Of a stretch of DNA of 64,000 bases, positions 48,015 to 60,474 are shown in pieces. Every line of letters begins with the position of its first letter. Positions within the stretch are counted from its first letter, which is position 1. The DNA is taken from the NCBI RefSeq assembly GCF_902713615.1, contig NC_052149.1:153760379-153824378 (forward strand), given 5' to 3'. This DNA is from Scyliorhinus canicula. Its lineage: Eukaryota. The notes below the pieces were generated by a model, which saw nothing but the letters and a program-made list of their open reading frames with translations, was not told the DNA's origin and ran no database searches. The position numbers were made by a program, and so were the translations under genes.

Positions 48015-49150
48015 CTTTGAAACATACAGCACAAATGCAGATTTTTCAGTCCATCATGCCTGCTGATTCTTTGAAGGAGCGTTTATGCTTAGTCGCACAT
48101 TCCTGCTTTGTCCGTAACTCAATAAGTTCCTTATCGTCAAATACATATCCAACTCCCTTTAAAATCATTTATGAAATTATCTTTCAGCATCTTTGCAGGT
48201 GAAGCATTTCAGATCTCAGCAACGCCGAGTGAAAAAATTCTAATTTCCCCGCTAGATCTTTAGCCAATGATTTTGAATCTCTGATTATTGGCTTGCTTGC
48301 CAGAGGGAATATTTTTTTCTCTGTCTACTCTTATCAAAACCTCTCATCTTATAAAGATCTCTATTAGTTAAAGCCATAACCTTCTGTGTTCCAAGGAGAA
48401 ACAGCCTTTACGTATTTCCCGAAATATGGTGCCCGAATTGTCCCTAGTACTCCAGCTAGAGGGCATGTGACATGGTGGCACAGTTGTTAGCACTGATGCC
48501 TCAAGACACCGAGAACCCAGATTCAATCGTGGCCCCGGGACACTGTCCATGTGGAGTTTGCCCATTCTCCCCGTGTCTGCGTGGGTCTCACCCCCACAAC
48601 ATGCAGGGTAGGTGGATTGGCTACTCTAAATTGCTCCTTAATTGGAAAAAATAATTAATTACATTTTTTTTTTAAAAGTTCTTCAGCTAAGGCCTAACCA
48701 GTGTGTTTCAAAGCTCTAGCATGATCTCTTTCCTTTATATTCTATTGTTCTGTTTATAAATGTAAGTAACATAAATGTTTACTTGCATCACCTTTTCAAC
48801 TTGCCCTGCCAGCTTTAAGGATTTGTGAACGGGGACATTAATTTCTCTGCTCATCTACACTTCTGAGAATCGTGCTATTTATTTGGGCTACTGACTTTCT
48901 ATATAGTCCTCCCAAAGTGCAGCACTTAACACTTCTCTGCATTGAATACAATCGGCTATCTTTCTCTTCATCCTCTCACCATCCTGTCTATGTCATCCTG
49001 AAACCTATAACTTTTCTCATCACTTTCTTCTACTTTGCCATTATCTACAAACTTTACAGTCCTGTTTCTACAACTGAGTCTTGGTCATTTCTAAAATTTT
49101 AAAAGAGTAATGGACACAAAACTGATTCTTGGGGAAAACCACACAAACCA
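48015..49150 (-). mobile_element. Old CR1-clade LINE 3' part
   Basis: Decayed 3' ORF2 and tail, interrupted by a SINE. Confidence 0.6.
48461..48677 (+). mobile_element. Short A-tailed V-SINE
   Basis: Head, short V-domain and T/A tail. Flanking ctccagcta / cttcagcta repeat. Confidence 0.85.
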
Positions 49151-49189
49151 TGCAATTGCACCAAACTGCAACAGAAACGTCAAAAGACA

Positions 49190-50650
49190 ATGAAACCGGT
49201 AGGACCATCTGGCATTGATTTAGGCACAGAAACAACAACGGCACACCCAGCCTCTAGACGCTGCAAAATCCTCCTTTCTAGCATCATGAGGCTTGTACCA
49301 AAGTTGGGAGAGCTGTCCCACAAACAACCTAATACAGCCACGCTTACATACCATACAGAAAATGTCCCAGACGCCACCATCACAATCCCTGGCTATGTCC
49401 TGCCCACTGACAGGATGGATCCAGAAAAGGTGGCAGCACAGTGATATTTCATCAGGGGAGAGTTGCCCTTGATGTTGGACCCCATGAAGTCTCAGGGCAT
49501 CAAACATTCTTTATTTTGTCACAAGTAGGCATACATTAAAACTGCAATGATGTTACTGTAAAAAGCCCCGAGTCGCCGCATTCCGCCAGCAGTTCAGGTA
49601 CACATAGGGAGAATTTTAGAATGTCTAAATTACCTAACAGCACGACTTTCGGGACTTGTGGGGGGAAACCGGAGGACCCGGAGGAAACCCACGCAGACAC
49701 AGGGAGAACGTGCAGACTCCACACAAACAGTGACCCAAGCGGGAATCGAACCCGGGACTGGTGCTGTGAAGCAACAGTGCTAACCACTGTGCTATTGCGT
49801 GTCCCACAAATCAAATATGGGTAAGGAAACCGATTGATTACCACCTACTCTCCCCCCCCCCCCCCCCTCTCTCATCTGATGAATCTGTACTCCTCCATGG
49901 TGAACACCACTTGGGGGAAGCACGGAGGGTGGCAGGGGCACAATGTATGGTGGGTAGGAGATTTCAATACTCATCGCCAAGAGTGGCTCTTTAGCACCAT
50001 CAATGACTGAGCTGACCAAGTCCTGAAGGACATGTTTGCCAGACTGGATTAGTAGCAGGTGGTGAGGGAACCAAAAAGGGAGAAAAGCCGACTGGACTTG
50101 ACCGTCACCAATCCAAGAGTTGCAGATGCACCTGTCTATGACAGCATAGTTAGGAGTGACCACCTTCTCAAGATTAAGTCCCGTCTTTACTCTAAGCATA
50201 CACTCCACCGTACTGTGTGGCACTACCACTATGCTGAATGGGATATATTCAGAACATGGTGTTCATGAGTGGCTGTGGGCCCCTAGCAGCTGCGGTGCGG
50301 AGTTGTATTCAACCACAATCTGTTGCCTTGTGGCTTGGCATATCTCTCATTTTACCAGGGCCATCAACACTGGTTCAATGAAGAGTGCAGGAGCAGCCAC
50401 CAGGCATACCTAAAAATTAAGCATCAACCTGATGAAGTCACAACACAGGACTACTTGGATGCCAGTCAGCAGAAGCAGCATACAAGAGACAGAGCTAAAC
50501 AGATCAGATCAAAGCTCTGTAGGCCTATCACATCCAATCATGAATGGTGGTGGACAATTAAGCAACTAACAGGAGTCGGGTCTGCTGATATTCCCATTCT
50601 CACTGATGGAGAATCCCAACACAGTGCAAAAGACAAGGCTGAAAAATTTG
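49190..50650 (+). mobile_element. CR1/L2-group LINE endonuclease and tether fragment
   Basis: VPKLGELSH..TIPGYVL, VVREP..LDLTVTN..SDH and EWWWTIKQLTG remnants. Confidence 0.65.
49507..49795 (-). mobile_element. V-SINE with third tail type
   Basis: V-domain joined to tail gcgactcggggctttttacagtaacatcattgcag..cctacttgtgacaa. Confidence 0.85.
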
Positions 50651-52045
50651 ATTGAGAAAGTTCTGCACACATCAGAAATTCCTTCGCTGTCCTTTATTTT
50701 TTCTCAGCCTATATTGGAGTAATTACATTTTCCTAATATTGCTACTTCATTTGATTATTATTATTAAGTTTGTTACATACCTTTTTAAATTTGCCAACAA
50801 ATATGCTCATCCATCTTCTTTCACTTATTGAAACTCTACTTTTTTTTAAATCAAGCAATATAACAGCTGTTTCTCAATACAAGCCAATCGATTCAATCCT
50901 TAGAACCATTTTGTATATCCTTTCTTGCAGAACTGTAATATCCTTAATCAATACTGCCACACCTCCTCATATAACTCATTCCTAAGTACTTGGTAACTAG
51001 AAGTATTACTAATTTATTCCTTGCCTTGTTAATTCGACCATATCATACTCCCATATAACTATATGCCTGCAACTCGCCAGTTACACTCCCAACATTGACA
51101 TTTGTATAGTATAATACCATCTTTGCCACTTTTTTGTTTAACCCAATCGAGACTCTGAAAAGTTTGGGATATATTTTACTGCTGTTTGTATCTTTTCTCT
51201 AATTTAATTTCTGCGCATTTCCATTACTTTCTGGTGCACTCCCCCGCCAAATTAATTTAAACCCTATCCAACAATTCCAGTTAACCCCACTGGGAGATGT
51301 CATAAACCGAGGTGTGAGGAGACGATTACTGCTACCTTCATTACTCCCTCTGCACTTGATTGATCCTCCCACACAGTTGCCCCTCAATGGCCTTAATCAT
51401 TGCATGGAGATGATTCCAAGAAAAATGGGATTTTAGAAAACATCTAAAATACCGCTAGCATAAAAGCACAGTACAAGCATATGAAAGATGAAAGGCAGGA
51501 CAAAGATCAGCTGGTTCATAGAGCCTGCCTCATGCTGTCATAATTTACAAGAACTGCCACCTGCCAATAGCCACCTGATCTCCTGGCAACAATCAAATAC
51601 AAACCCCATGGACAATTTATGGATGAGATAACGTTTACTCTCTGGCCCTTCATTACCAATACTAATCCAACAAAGCATTTTTACTACCATTTCTGACCGA
51701 TCTAAATTAAATAACTTGTCTTTGCAGACACAGTTTATTTAATGATTTTGGTATCGATGTGTTTAATGTAATGCCCCAAAATTGTAGATTGTGCCTCCTC
51801 TAAAACTGATGTTAATTTGGATCTATTTAAAGCTTGCAAGGAGTTATAGTTTCATGCAAATTATCTGTTCATCTACATTTGTGAATGATTCTGTTGTCTG
51901 AAATATAAATGGAAATTTAAAAATATTGTTCTGCATGCTAATTGTGCTGTGTTGAAGTCTCTTTATTTGAATCTTGGTGGGCCAAGTAGATTTTGATTGA
52001 ATATCCCATTGTGAATTGATTATATTTTATTCTTGTTGCTTCAAG

Positions 52046-52198
52046 AGCAACTAGCATGGAAACGAGCTGTACGTGGTATTCGTGAGATGTGTGATGCTTG
52101 TGAAACAACGCTCTTCAATATCCACTGGGTCTGTCGTAAATGTGGTTTTGGTGTGTGCCTTGACTGCTACAGGATGAGGAAGGGTCGGCCACCACAAG
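52046..52198 (+). CDS. KDM3B: KDM3B internal coding exon (C6 zinc finger)
   Basis: ttcaag|AG...CAAG|gtatgg, 153 nt, phase 1-1. [40 protein letters not shown]. Confidence 0.97.
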
Positions 52199-52789
52199 GT
52201 ATGGCAAAGATGTGAATATAAGGACTTATTAAAGGGTTAAATTGGAGGGATTATATCTGATACTGTGATCAAACAGCACCCATTTTGGTAGCCAAAGTTA
52301 GACATTATGCAACTATATGAGCGATTGACCTAATTATTTGGTATACTAGTACAGAAGGAGAAAGGCACCGCATTTGTATTAACTGAAAGACAGTAAAATA
52401 TCTTGAACCATTGTGTGCTCTGCTCCGGTAAAACTTTAAATACCTGTTTTCAGGATTAAGTAAAATGCAAATCGAGTATAATTAGATTGTGTGTACTGCA
52501 GGAGGATGACTAAGTTTTAGGCTTTTTGATAAAATAGATCTAGATTAGCCTGCAGAGGAATCTGCTATTAAGTTTTTGAACAAATATGTAATGATCCAAT
52601 TTTAAAAGTCTACAGTCACCTGGAACAAAAGGTATAGTAAGCAATCGGGACCAGGACTAATGATGTGTATGCAGTATCTTGGAGTTAATACAAAGTATCT
52701 AGAAGGCATTCACATCAATGGTATGTTACGGTTGAAGAATTTTTGGTTTGGCAATGAAGGAAACAATTTTCCTCTGTTCCACCATTAGT

Positions 52790-52980
52790 TTTTTTCTTAA
52801 TTTTAATTTTAGAGTATCCAATTATTATTTTTGCCAATTAAAGGGCAATTTAACCTGCACATCTTTGGGTTGTGGGGAAGAGTGTGCAAATTTCGCACAG
52901 ACAGTTACCCGGAGCCGGGATCGAACCCAGGACCTCGCGTCCTAAGCAGCAGTGCCAACCACTTCGCCACTGTGCCACCC
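52790..52980 (-). mobile_element. Short A-tailed V-SINE
   Basis: Perfect 14-bp TSD GTTCCACCATTAGT (52776 and 52981). Inserted in an L2 remnant. Confidence 0.9.
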
Positions 52981-54411
52981 GTTCCACCATTAGTAACCGT
53001 GCCTTCAAATGCCTAGGTCCTAAACACTGGAACTTTTTCCGAAAGCCTCTTAGTTCCCTCAACCTCTCCTTAAAGTTATTCCTCTTTGACCAAGCTGCCC
53101 TCATATCTCTATGTGGCTCAGTGTAAGATTTTTTTATTAGTATTCCTTGGCTTCAGGTTCATAGAAAAAGTACAACGACCAGGGAATCTGTACAAGCTGG
53201 CACCTTTTTCCTGAATCAGACCAGTGCCAGGATCCTGGCAGAGATGGTAGTTAGATGGTAAGGGCAGTAAAATGATAGTAACGCCAATAGAGCATTCCTA
53301 GAAATGTGAAAATCCAGATGGGGGTAGAAAAACTATAGAAGCGAGATATGTGTTTTGTACATATGTTTTTGACAGTTTAAGTGCAAGTACTAAAGTATGC
53401 ATGCAGAGTATTAGATAATGGCAAAAGAAGCGAATACATCAGCTTAGGGAATAGTCATCTCAAAAGTAATTAGTGGGCTGAAGAGGTTGAATGAATGTTA
53501 TGTATCTGCAGGCCCTGATGACTTTGTTCTATTTATATTCTGGAAAAACATTTAATACTGTTTCACTCATACAATTAGCTTGGAAGGTAGAAAATTGTCA
53601 AGTTGGAGGTAAAATTCTGAGGTGGGTTGAAAATCCAGTGCAAGCAAAGGGTAATTTTGAATGAAGATCTGTAAATTTGGTAGGGTATCACAGGGCTCAG
53701 TGCTGGGTTCACTGGTGTTTGCAATATATATGCATGTAAATGATTTAAAGCTGGAGATAGAACCAATGCTGTCTCGAGAAGCCATCAAATAGGGTGTTTC
53801 TCTAAGTAATTGGGAATGCACAAACCAAATATAAAGGTTGAGGAGGTGTGCCTCTTGCGTGACGTTTACTATGCCAAATACTTGGTAATGAAATCAGTGA
53901 AGGAAAATCAACTGAGTGACTTTGGGTTATAGAATGCATTGCAGGAAAGGGATATCAAGGTATTGTTGGGTAGTTTACACACGCCAAATTTCTTTATGAC
54001 AGTAGAAGACAGCTAACCAGAAGGTACAGCATGAATGTAAAAAGATCACGAAAGGCCACACCTGGAGTATGGGTATAATTCACTTCTCATTAGAGCAAGG
54101 ATGTGTAAGTATTGCAAGCGGTACAAAAGATGGGTAACCAAACGTGTTTCCCAGTTTGTACAAGTGATGAGATTTTGAAGAGCAGTATTTTGACTTTGAT
54201 ATTGGCTTAGTTTGTAAAATAATAAGTATGTTCATAATTAGCCACTCAGCCATGAAAGAATTGGCAGAGAAGTTGAAAAGAATAATATGAGATACAGAAA
54301 TGATCATCTGATCTTCATTACTGTAATAAATGAACACTTTTATACTTTTCTACGCATTCATTCTTTGGTGCATGATGTCTAATTTGTTTTATTTTCTTTC
54401 TCCCTACTTAG

Positions 54412-54519
54412 TGGAGGATGACAGTCTCGAAGATGAGGTTTTCTCCTGGTTGAAATGTGCTAAGGGGCAAACCCACGAGCCAGAGAATCTAATGCCAACA
54501 CAAATTATTCCCAGCACTG
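54412..54519 (+). CDS. KDM3B: KDM3B internal coding exon
   Basis: acttag|TG...ACTG|gttagt, 108 nt, phase 1-1. [27 protein letters not shown]. Confidence 0.97.
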
Positions 54520-54640
54520 GTTAGTATATGAACTGTAAATTCATTAAATTGCCTTTCCTCTGGGCTTCGATACGCTTTTCCTTAATGGGCTGATGAGCTT
54601 GCATTTTTCCATAAGCATTTTTTTTTTGGTGTTGTTAACA

Positions 54641-54861
54641 TTTTTTTTTTAAATTTAGAGTATCCAATTCTCTTTTTTTCAATTAACCGACAATTTAGCA
54701 TGGCTAATTCACCTGCCCTGCACATCTTTTTTGGATTGTGGGGGTGAGATCCACGCAGACACAGGGAGAATGTGTAAACTCCACACTGACAATGACCTGG
54801 GGGTGGGATCAAATCCGGGTCCTCAGCGCCATGAGGCAGCAGTGCTAACCACTGTGCCGCC
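54641..54861 (-). mobile_element. Short A-tailed V-SINE
   Basis: TSD GTTGTTAACATTTT / GTTATTAACATTTT. Confidence 0.9.
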
Positions 54862-56494
54862 GTTATTAACATTTTCAGTCATTTTTTTACTGTGCACCAA
54901 TTCCAAGCCTTTGTCATTACTGCACTTGGTCTGACTTCATTTTTCTTGCATTTCGTGAGACAGGCCCGACATGTTAACTTGTGATCGGATCCAGCTGGTC
55001 ATGTGTGAAACCATTGATATGAGCCTGCCTCATTGTGATGCAGCAACATACATAAGGGAGCACCTACAATCCAACTTTTTTGATGCTCTGTTGGTTTTGT
55101 TGAAAATATTTATTATTTTAAACGAATGCTGCTGGATTCAGAATCAGCTCTGTGTCTTGTTTCTAAAGTTCTTTCTGCTGATACTTCAAATCAAACAGGA
55201 TCATTTATGTCTGTCATTACTCACTCCAACTATTATCTGAATGGCAATAGTATAGGTTGACTGTTGTGTTTCAGTAGTAAATTGTTTTATCCAAATAATT
55301 ACAATGGTATGGCTATGTTTGTTAATCTCTTGGCAGAGTTTTGAACTCCCAGTGTCATGTGCCTTAAAGTTGGAAATTGGGCATAAAATAATTATTTGCA
55401 TCAACCTGATGATGTTTGTTTCTACCTGCCTAAGCTACGATTAATACAAGGAGCTAGCTCTCCTTTATCCCACGACTAGAATATCAGAGAATTAGAGATT
55501 CTGCCATAATGTCTGGATCAATGCAGCAACATATTTAGTTTCTTTAATGGAAGTAGTAAAAATTTGTGAATTGAAAAGCAAAATTGTGCAGATGCTGGTT
55601 GCCATGACGCCACCCCAGCATGTTATCTGTTGAACAGGCATCAGGTAAATGCAATAAGCTGGAATCGTTTATCTTCAACATATATTATACTAGGTTTTGT
55701 AAATAAACAGTGCAGACTACATTTCCCTTCCACCGTTACCCCGTAGCCTTTCCCCAATTAGCATAAGCTGCTCTTAATCACAACTAGAGCATTCACTCAA
55801 AGACTTAAATTATTAGAAGGCCAGTAGTGTGCAGCTATTTATATTAGATAATGCAGTGTTATTTGCTCAATGTCCATCAATCTGCCTCTTATGAATGCAA
55901 AAAGAAATTTAGATTTCCTGCCAGTTTGTTTATCCTAACTTAAATTGTTTATAAAGATCTAGTTGATTATTACATAATTGTAAGTGAATTGCTGTTACAT
56001 TTGTACAATTGCAAATTAAATTGATATAGCCAGCAGGAACTAATTTCTCTGCAATATGGGCTGTCGACAAGCATCCATGTTTTTGGGTGCCTGATTACTG
56101 TAAACTCATAGCCTGCATAATGGCACAGCTTTAAGCTTCCCAGACCCGACAAATTCTTCATTTTTTTCAGCTGCCATATATTTATAAGCATTGGCATTAT
56201 CTCACAGTGGGAGAAATAATCTGCAATGACAATCCCTTGAACTGGGTTAGGTCACCTGACCCCACTTAGTTGTGAATAAAGTCACATCATTAGCACATTA
56301 CTGCTATTGACTGTAGAACAAGTTTGCTCGATATGTCATGTCTCATTTTCTACGGTAGATTTTAAAGATAGATTAGCAATTCTTGAGTTTATTTACCATT
56401 AGCAAATGCTTTTTTGTGAATACATCCTTGATGCCATATTGAAATATGTCAACTTGGCAGTCCATATTTTCCCTTTCTGCTCATTTATAATAGC

Positions 56495-56785
56495 AATAAT
56501 AATCTTTATTAGTGTCACAAGTAGGCTTACATTAACACTGCAATGAAGTTACTGAAAAGCCCTAGTCGCCACACTCCAGCGCCTGTTCGGGGAACGCTGA
56601 GGAATTCAGCATCTCTAATTCACCTAACAAGCACACCTTTCTGGGCTTGTGGGAGGAATCTGCAGCACCCAGAGGAAACCCACATAGACATGGGAAGAAT
56701 GTGCAGACTCCGCACGGACAGTGACCCAAGCAGGAGTCGAACCCAAGTCCCTGCTGCTCTGAAGAAACAGTGCTAACCACTGTGC
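56495..56785 (-). mobile_element. V-SINE with third tail type
   Basis: V-domain plus gtggcgactagggc..cagtaacttcattgcagtgttaatgtaagcctacttgtgac..aataaagattattatt. Confidence 0.88.
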
Positions 56786-57100
56786 TTCGAGCCCTTGTTT
56801 TGTACTGGAACTCTGCACCTGCAATCTTGTCTGCACACAACTACAGAAAAGCGGCTTATAACCCTGTTGTAATACTAGGCACCAAATGCTAAGTCTAATC
56901 CTAAATCTCTTTCTGTTTATTAAATGTGCAGCCTTGTGTGAGATTTCTGGGCAGCAGAATTTCTTCACTCTGCCATTATTGCGTTCTGCATGTTGCATAG
57001 AGCAAAGTTAAAAGGGTGTTAGTCAGGTTTATTGAGTAAGCAACAAGGCCTTTGAAAGGAAAAAGCCTGCTCATTTCTGAAAACATTCATCTCTTCACAG

Positions 57101-57228
57101 CTCTTTATGATATTGGAGACATGGTTCATGCAACAAGGGGAAAGTGGGGTATCAAAGCAAACTGCCCTTGTATTACCAAACAGCTTAAGCCTCTGCCCAA
57201 GCCAGCAGCACCAAATGGAGTGTCACAG
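57101..57228 (+). CDS. KDM3B: KDM3B internal coding exon
   Basis: tcacag|CT...CAG|gtatgt, 128 nt, phase 1-0. [24 protein letters not shown]...NGVSQ. Confidence 0.97.
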
Positions 57229-57671
57229 GTATGTTTTATTAATCATAGACATTGACATTCAGGACTTAGCATTTGAGAATAGCTACTTTGAAATCTGCTA
57301 GCCTGTCTTCAACGCAAACATCAGTATGATTAGCATGGTCATATTCAACTTCGAATATGGAGGATGAAGAGATTTAACAACAAATGTAGAGGGCAGTCTA
57401 TGCATGGCGAATGGATTCTCAATGGAGGTATTTTTGTCTGTTTCTGTCAAAGTTAGAGATAGCTGGATATCTACCCTAGAGAATATGGAGAAAATTTGTT
57501 CGAGCTATATCATATGTGTAAGAACATAAGTCACAGTAACAGAATTAGGCCGTTTGGCCATCGAGTCTGCTCTGCCATTCAATCATGGCTGATATGTATT
57601 CCTCACACCCTTCTCCTGCCTTTTCCCCATAACCCCTGATTCCCTCATTAATCAAGAATCCATCTATGTCT

Positions 57672-57899
57672 ATTTTTTAAATAAATTTACAGTATCCAGT
57701 TATAATTTTTTTCCAATTAAGGGGCAATTTAGCATGGCCAATCCACCTAATCTGCACATTTTGGGTTGTGGGGGTGAAACCCATGCAGACACGAGGAGAA
57801 TGTACAAACTTCACAAGGGCAGTGACCCAGGGCTGGGATTCAAACCCGGGTCCTCAGCGCTGTAGTTCCAGTGCTAACCACTGCTTCATGTGCCGCCCT
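57672..57899 (-). mobile_element. Short A-tailed V-SINE inside a CR1 3' fragment (57520-58100, minus)
   Basis: TSD TCTATGTCTATTT / TCTATCTCTATTT. Confidence 0.88.
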
Positions 57900-59094
57900 G
57901 TCTATCTCTATTTAAAGGCACTCAATGATTTGGCCTCCACAGCCTTCTGCGACGGAGTTCCACAGATTCACCACCCTCTGGCTGAGGAAATTCCTCCTCT
58001 TCTCAATTTTAAAGGATTGTCATTTCAGTCTGAGGCTGTGCCATCGGGTTCTAGTATTTCCTACCAGTGGAAACATCCTCTCCATATCCAGTCTATCTGG
58101 CTAAGGGATGTGTTGTTTTGGATAGTTTCACCACTCAGTTCTACGTTCCTGTGTTGCAGTGAAATTAGATTTTCATAATAGGAAGATCTCTGCATAATTT
58201 TAACTGGCTTGTATTACACAAATGATAAGCCAAAAGCAGTTCCAATAAAATATTAGAAATAGATATCAGAAAAACCCGATCACTAATGTTTTTTCACCAA
58301 TGGAGGTTCTGGTAGTAAATGTGATCGATGAAGAATCTGAGATATTGATATGACATTAAAAAGGAGAATTGGATCACTGGTACAAAAGCAGAGTAATAAG
58401 AAATTATACTTGTAACCTGTTAAATTTTGAATATTTTATGATCAAATAATAGTTCTGTTCATACAGTTTGGTTGAAGCAAACAGCAACAGTTTTATTCTG
58501 AATTAAAATAAACTTGGTATTGTAAAGAAGTGGTGAAATGTGGGTGGGGGAGGGAAGCCAGTTCAAGATATTAAATAAAGGCAGCACCTCAATTTCATAC
58601 AGCTGTTTAGCTATTGGAGCCGTAGGTTTTATCTTGAGGTGTAGAATTTAAATGCCAAGAGGTATTTATGAAATTTTTAATAAGCCCTCACAGTACTGTG
58701 CACAGTTGTGGTCTTTATAGGGAGGATATTGGGCTTGTTGTCGGGCATAAAGAAGTACAAATATGAAGAAAGACTTGAAAGATTTGTTTTCTTTTCATGG
58801 GAACAATGCAGATAACTGGTTAATAAAATGGATGCATTAAAAAAATTCTGAAAATATGATAAATTGAAGCTTACTTTTCCCACTAGTTGAGGGCTCAAGA
58901 ATTAAGGGCCAGAGAAACGTGTTTAAATGAACATGATTTAGAATAGAGAATAGGAGAAACCTTTTGAGCTTTGAAGTTATGAAATTCATTTACAGGGTTG
59001 TTGAGGCAGAAACAGTATCACAATTGATGATTGTATCGGTGGGTGAAGGGTTCTGGAAATAGGATGGGTAAATGTGATTTGCTCAAGTTTTTTA

Positions 59095-59240
59095 AACTAT
59101 TTCACAGGATGGGGCAATGCTGGCTAAGCCAGTTGCCCATCCTTGACTGCCCTCGAGAAGGTGTTGGTGAGCCGCCGCCTTGAATAGCTGCAGTCCATGT
59201 GATGTTGTTGCACCCACCGTGTTGTTAGGAAGGGAGTGGT
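59095..59240 (-). mobile_element. CR1/L2-group LINE 3' tail fragment
   Basis: Reverse complement of the 28800-29180-type tail (ggtgagccgccgccttgaa..gcagtcc). Confidence 0.6.
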
Positions 59241-59368
59241 GGATAAACAATACAAACTTGTTTGGCTGAATGGCCTGTTTTTGTGTTGCAACCTCTAAAC
59301 ATTTCAACCAGTCTTGTTTGTAAATGGATGCTTTAGTGTTATTTGAAATTCTGGACTTTTTGTTTCAG

Positions 59369-59699
59369 CTTTCAAGCAGTCTTCCAAATCCTGCCAGTGC
59401 GGTTGCTACAAATGAGGTGTCAGCAAGCAGTGGAGGCTCTATTATGTTACCTCAACCTGATGGCAGTTTAGTGGAAGTGAAACCAGATACGGCGGACTGC
59501 AGCGGTGGTGAGACTGGTGCAGACAATGCCATGAACCAGGGTGGGAGCAATAGCAATAATGTGAGCTTTGTTAGTGACAATGAAGGGCTCTCCACCACAG
59601 CCAGCCTGAAGGATGGCACACTGAGTTCAGCAGACACTACATCAGCTTTGCACTGGTTGGCTGACCTAGCCACACAGAAAGCAAAGGAGGAGAAGAAAG
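59369..59699 (+). CDS. KDM3B: KDM3B internal coding exon (LHWLADLA motif)
   Basis: tttcag|CTT...AAAG|gtaatt, 331 nt, phase 0-1. Ends SALHWLADLATQKAKEEKK. Confidence 0.95.
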
Positions 59700-59958
59700 G
59701 TAATTTTTTATAATTTATTAGTCCAGTCTATTCCTGGGGTATATCATTCCATCACTTTATTATACTGTTGGGCTTCTGTGATTGAACAGGGTGCTGTGCT
59801 GATGATTTTGAGGGGAGAAAGAGCGTTATGAATATATTTTTGACGAGAAATATTCTTTAGATTCCCAAGTTACTGGTGCTAGCAGCCATCATGGCAAATA
59901 ATTTGCAATGGGATGAGATTTAATAATCATATGCATGCATGAAGAGATGTATTTAAGG

Positions 59959-60187
59959 ATTTTTTTTTAAGTTTAGAGTACCCAATTCATTTTTTTTTTC
60001 CAATTAAGGGGCAATTTAGTGTGGCCAGTCAACCTATGCTGCACATCTTTGGGTTGTGGAGTTGAGACCCATGCAGACATGGGGAGAATGTGCAAACTCC
60101 GCACGGACAGTGACCTGGGGCCAGGATCGAACCCGGATCCTCAGCGGTGCGAGGCAATAGTGCTAACCATGTGCCACCATGCTGTCC
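59959..60187 (-). mobile_element. Short A-tailed V-SINE
   Basis: TSD AGATGTATTTAAGG (59945) / AGATGTGTTTAAGG (60189). Confidence 0.9.
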
Positions 60188-60272
60188 AAGATGTGTTTAA
60201 GGTCTATTGCATTTGATCCAAATTGCAAATTCAGATCATGTTCAAGTTGTCAAAAGACTAAAATTACACTGT

Positions 60273-60304
60273 TGTAGTATCCATTCTTGTCACCAGGTGG
60301 CACA
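60273..60304 (+). promoter_or_regulatory. Candidate CTCF site with upstream module
   Basis: Core TTGTCACCAGGTGGCACA, preceded 5 bp upstream by TGTAGTATC (TGCAGTACC-like). Confidence 0.45.
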
Positions 60305-60474
60305 CATTACGCACCATAAATGAGTTAGTAATGCTGAGGAAGTTGGAAGAAAATCAGAATGTAAAATACTCTTTTTTTTTTAAAAAGAAGAAAAATGGCA
60401 GAAGTGAATGAGGGAAACTACTGAATGGAGAAAGCCAACACAATGGGTATTAATTTGTAAATATTCAAAAACCG

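Noticed and set aside
110-59699. Assignment to KDM3A or JMJD1C
   Set aside because: ATYTKENGRTLVVQDEP, NLFFQCM, MPTLTPAFPRS, RFSLDERSL and [12 protein letters not shown] are KDM3B-type motifs.
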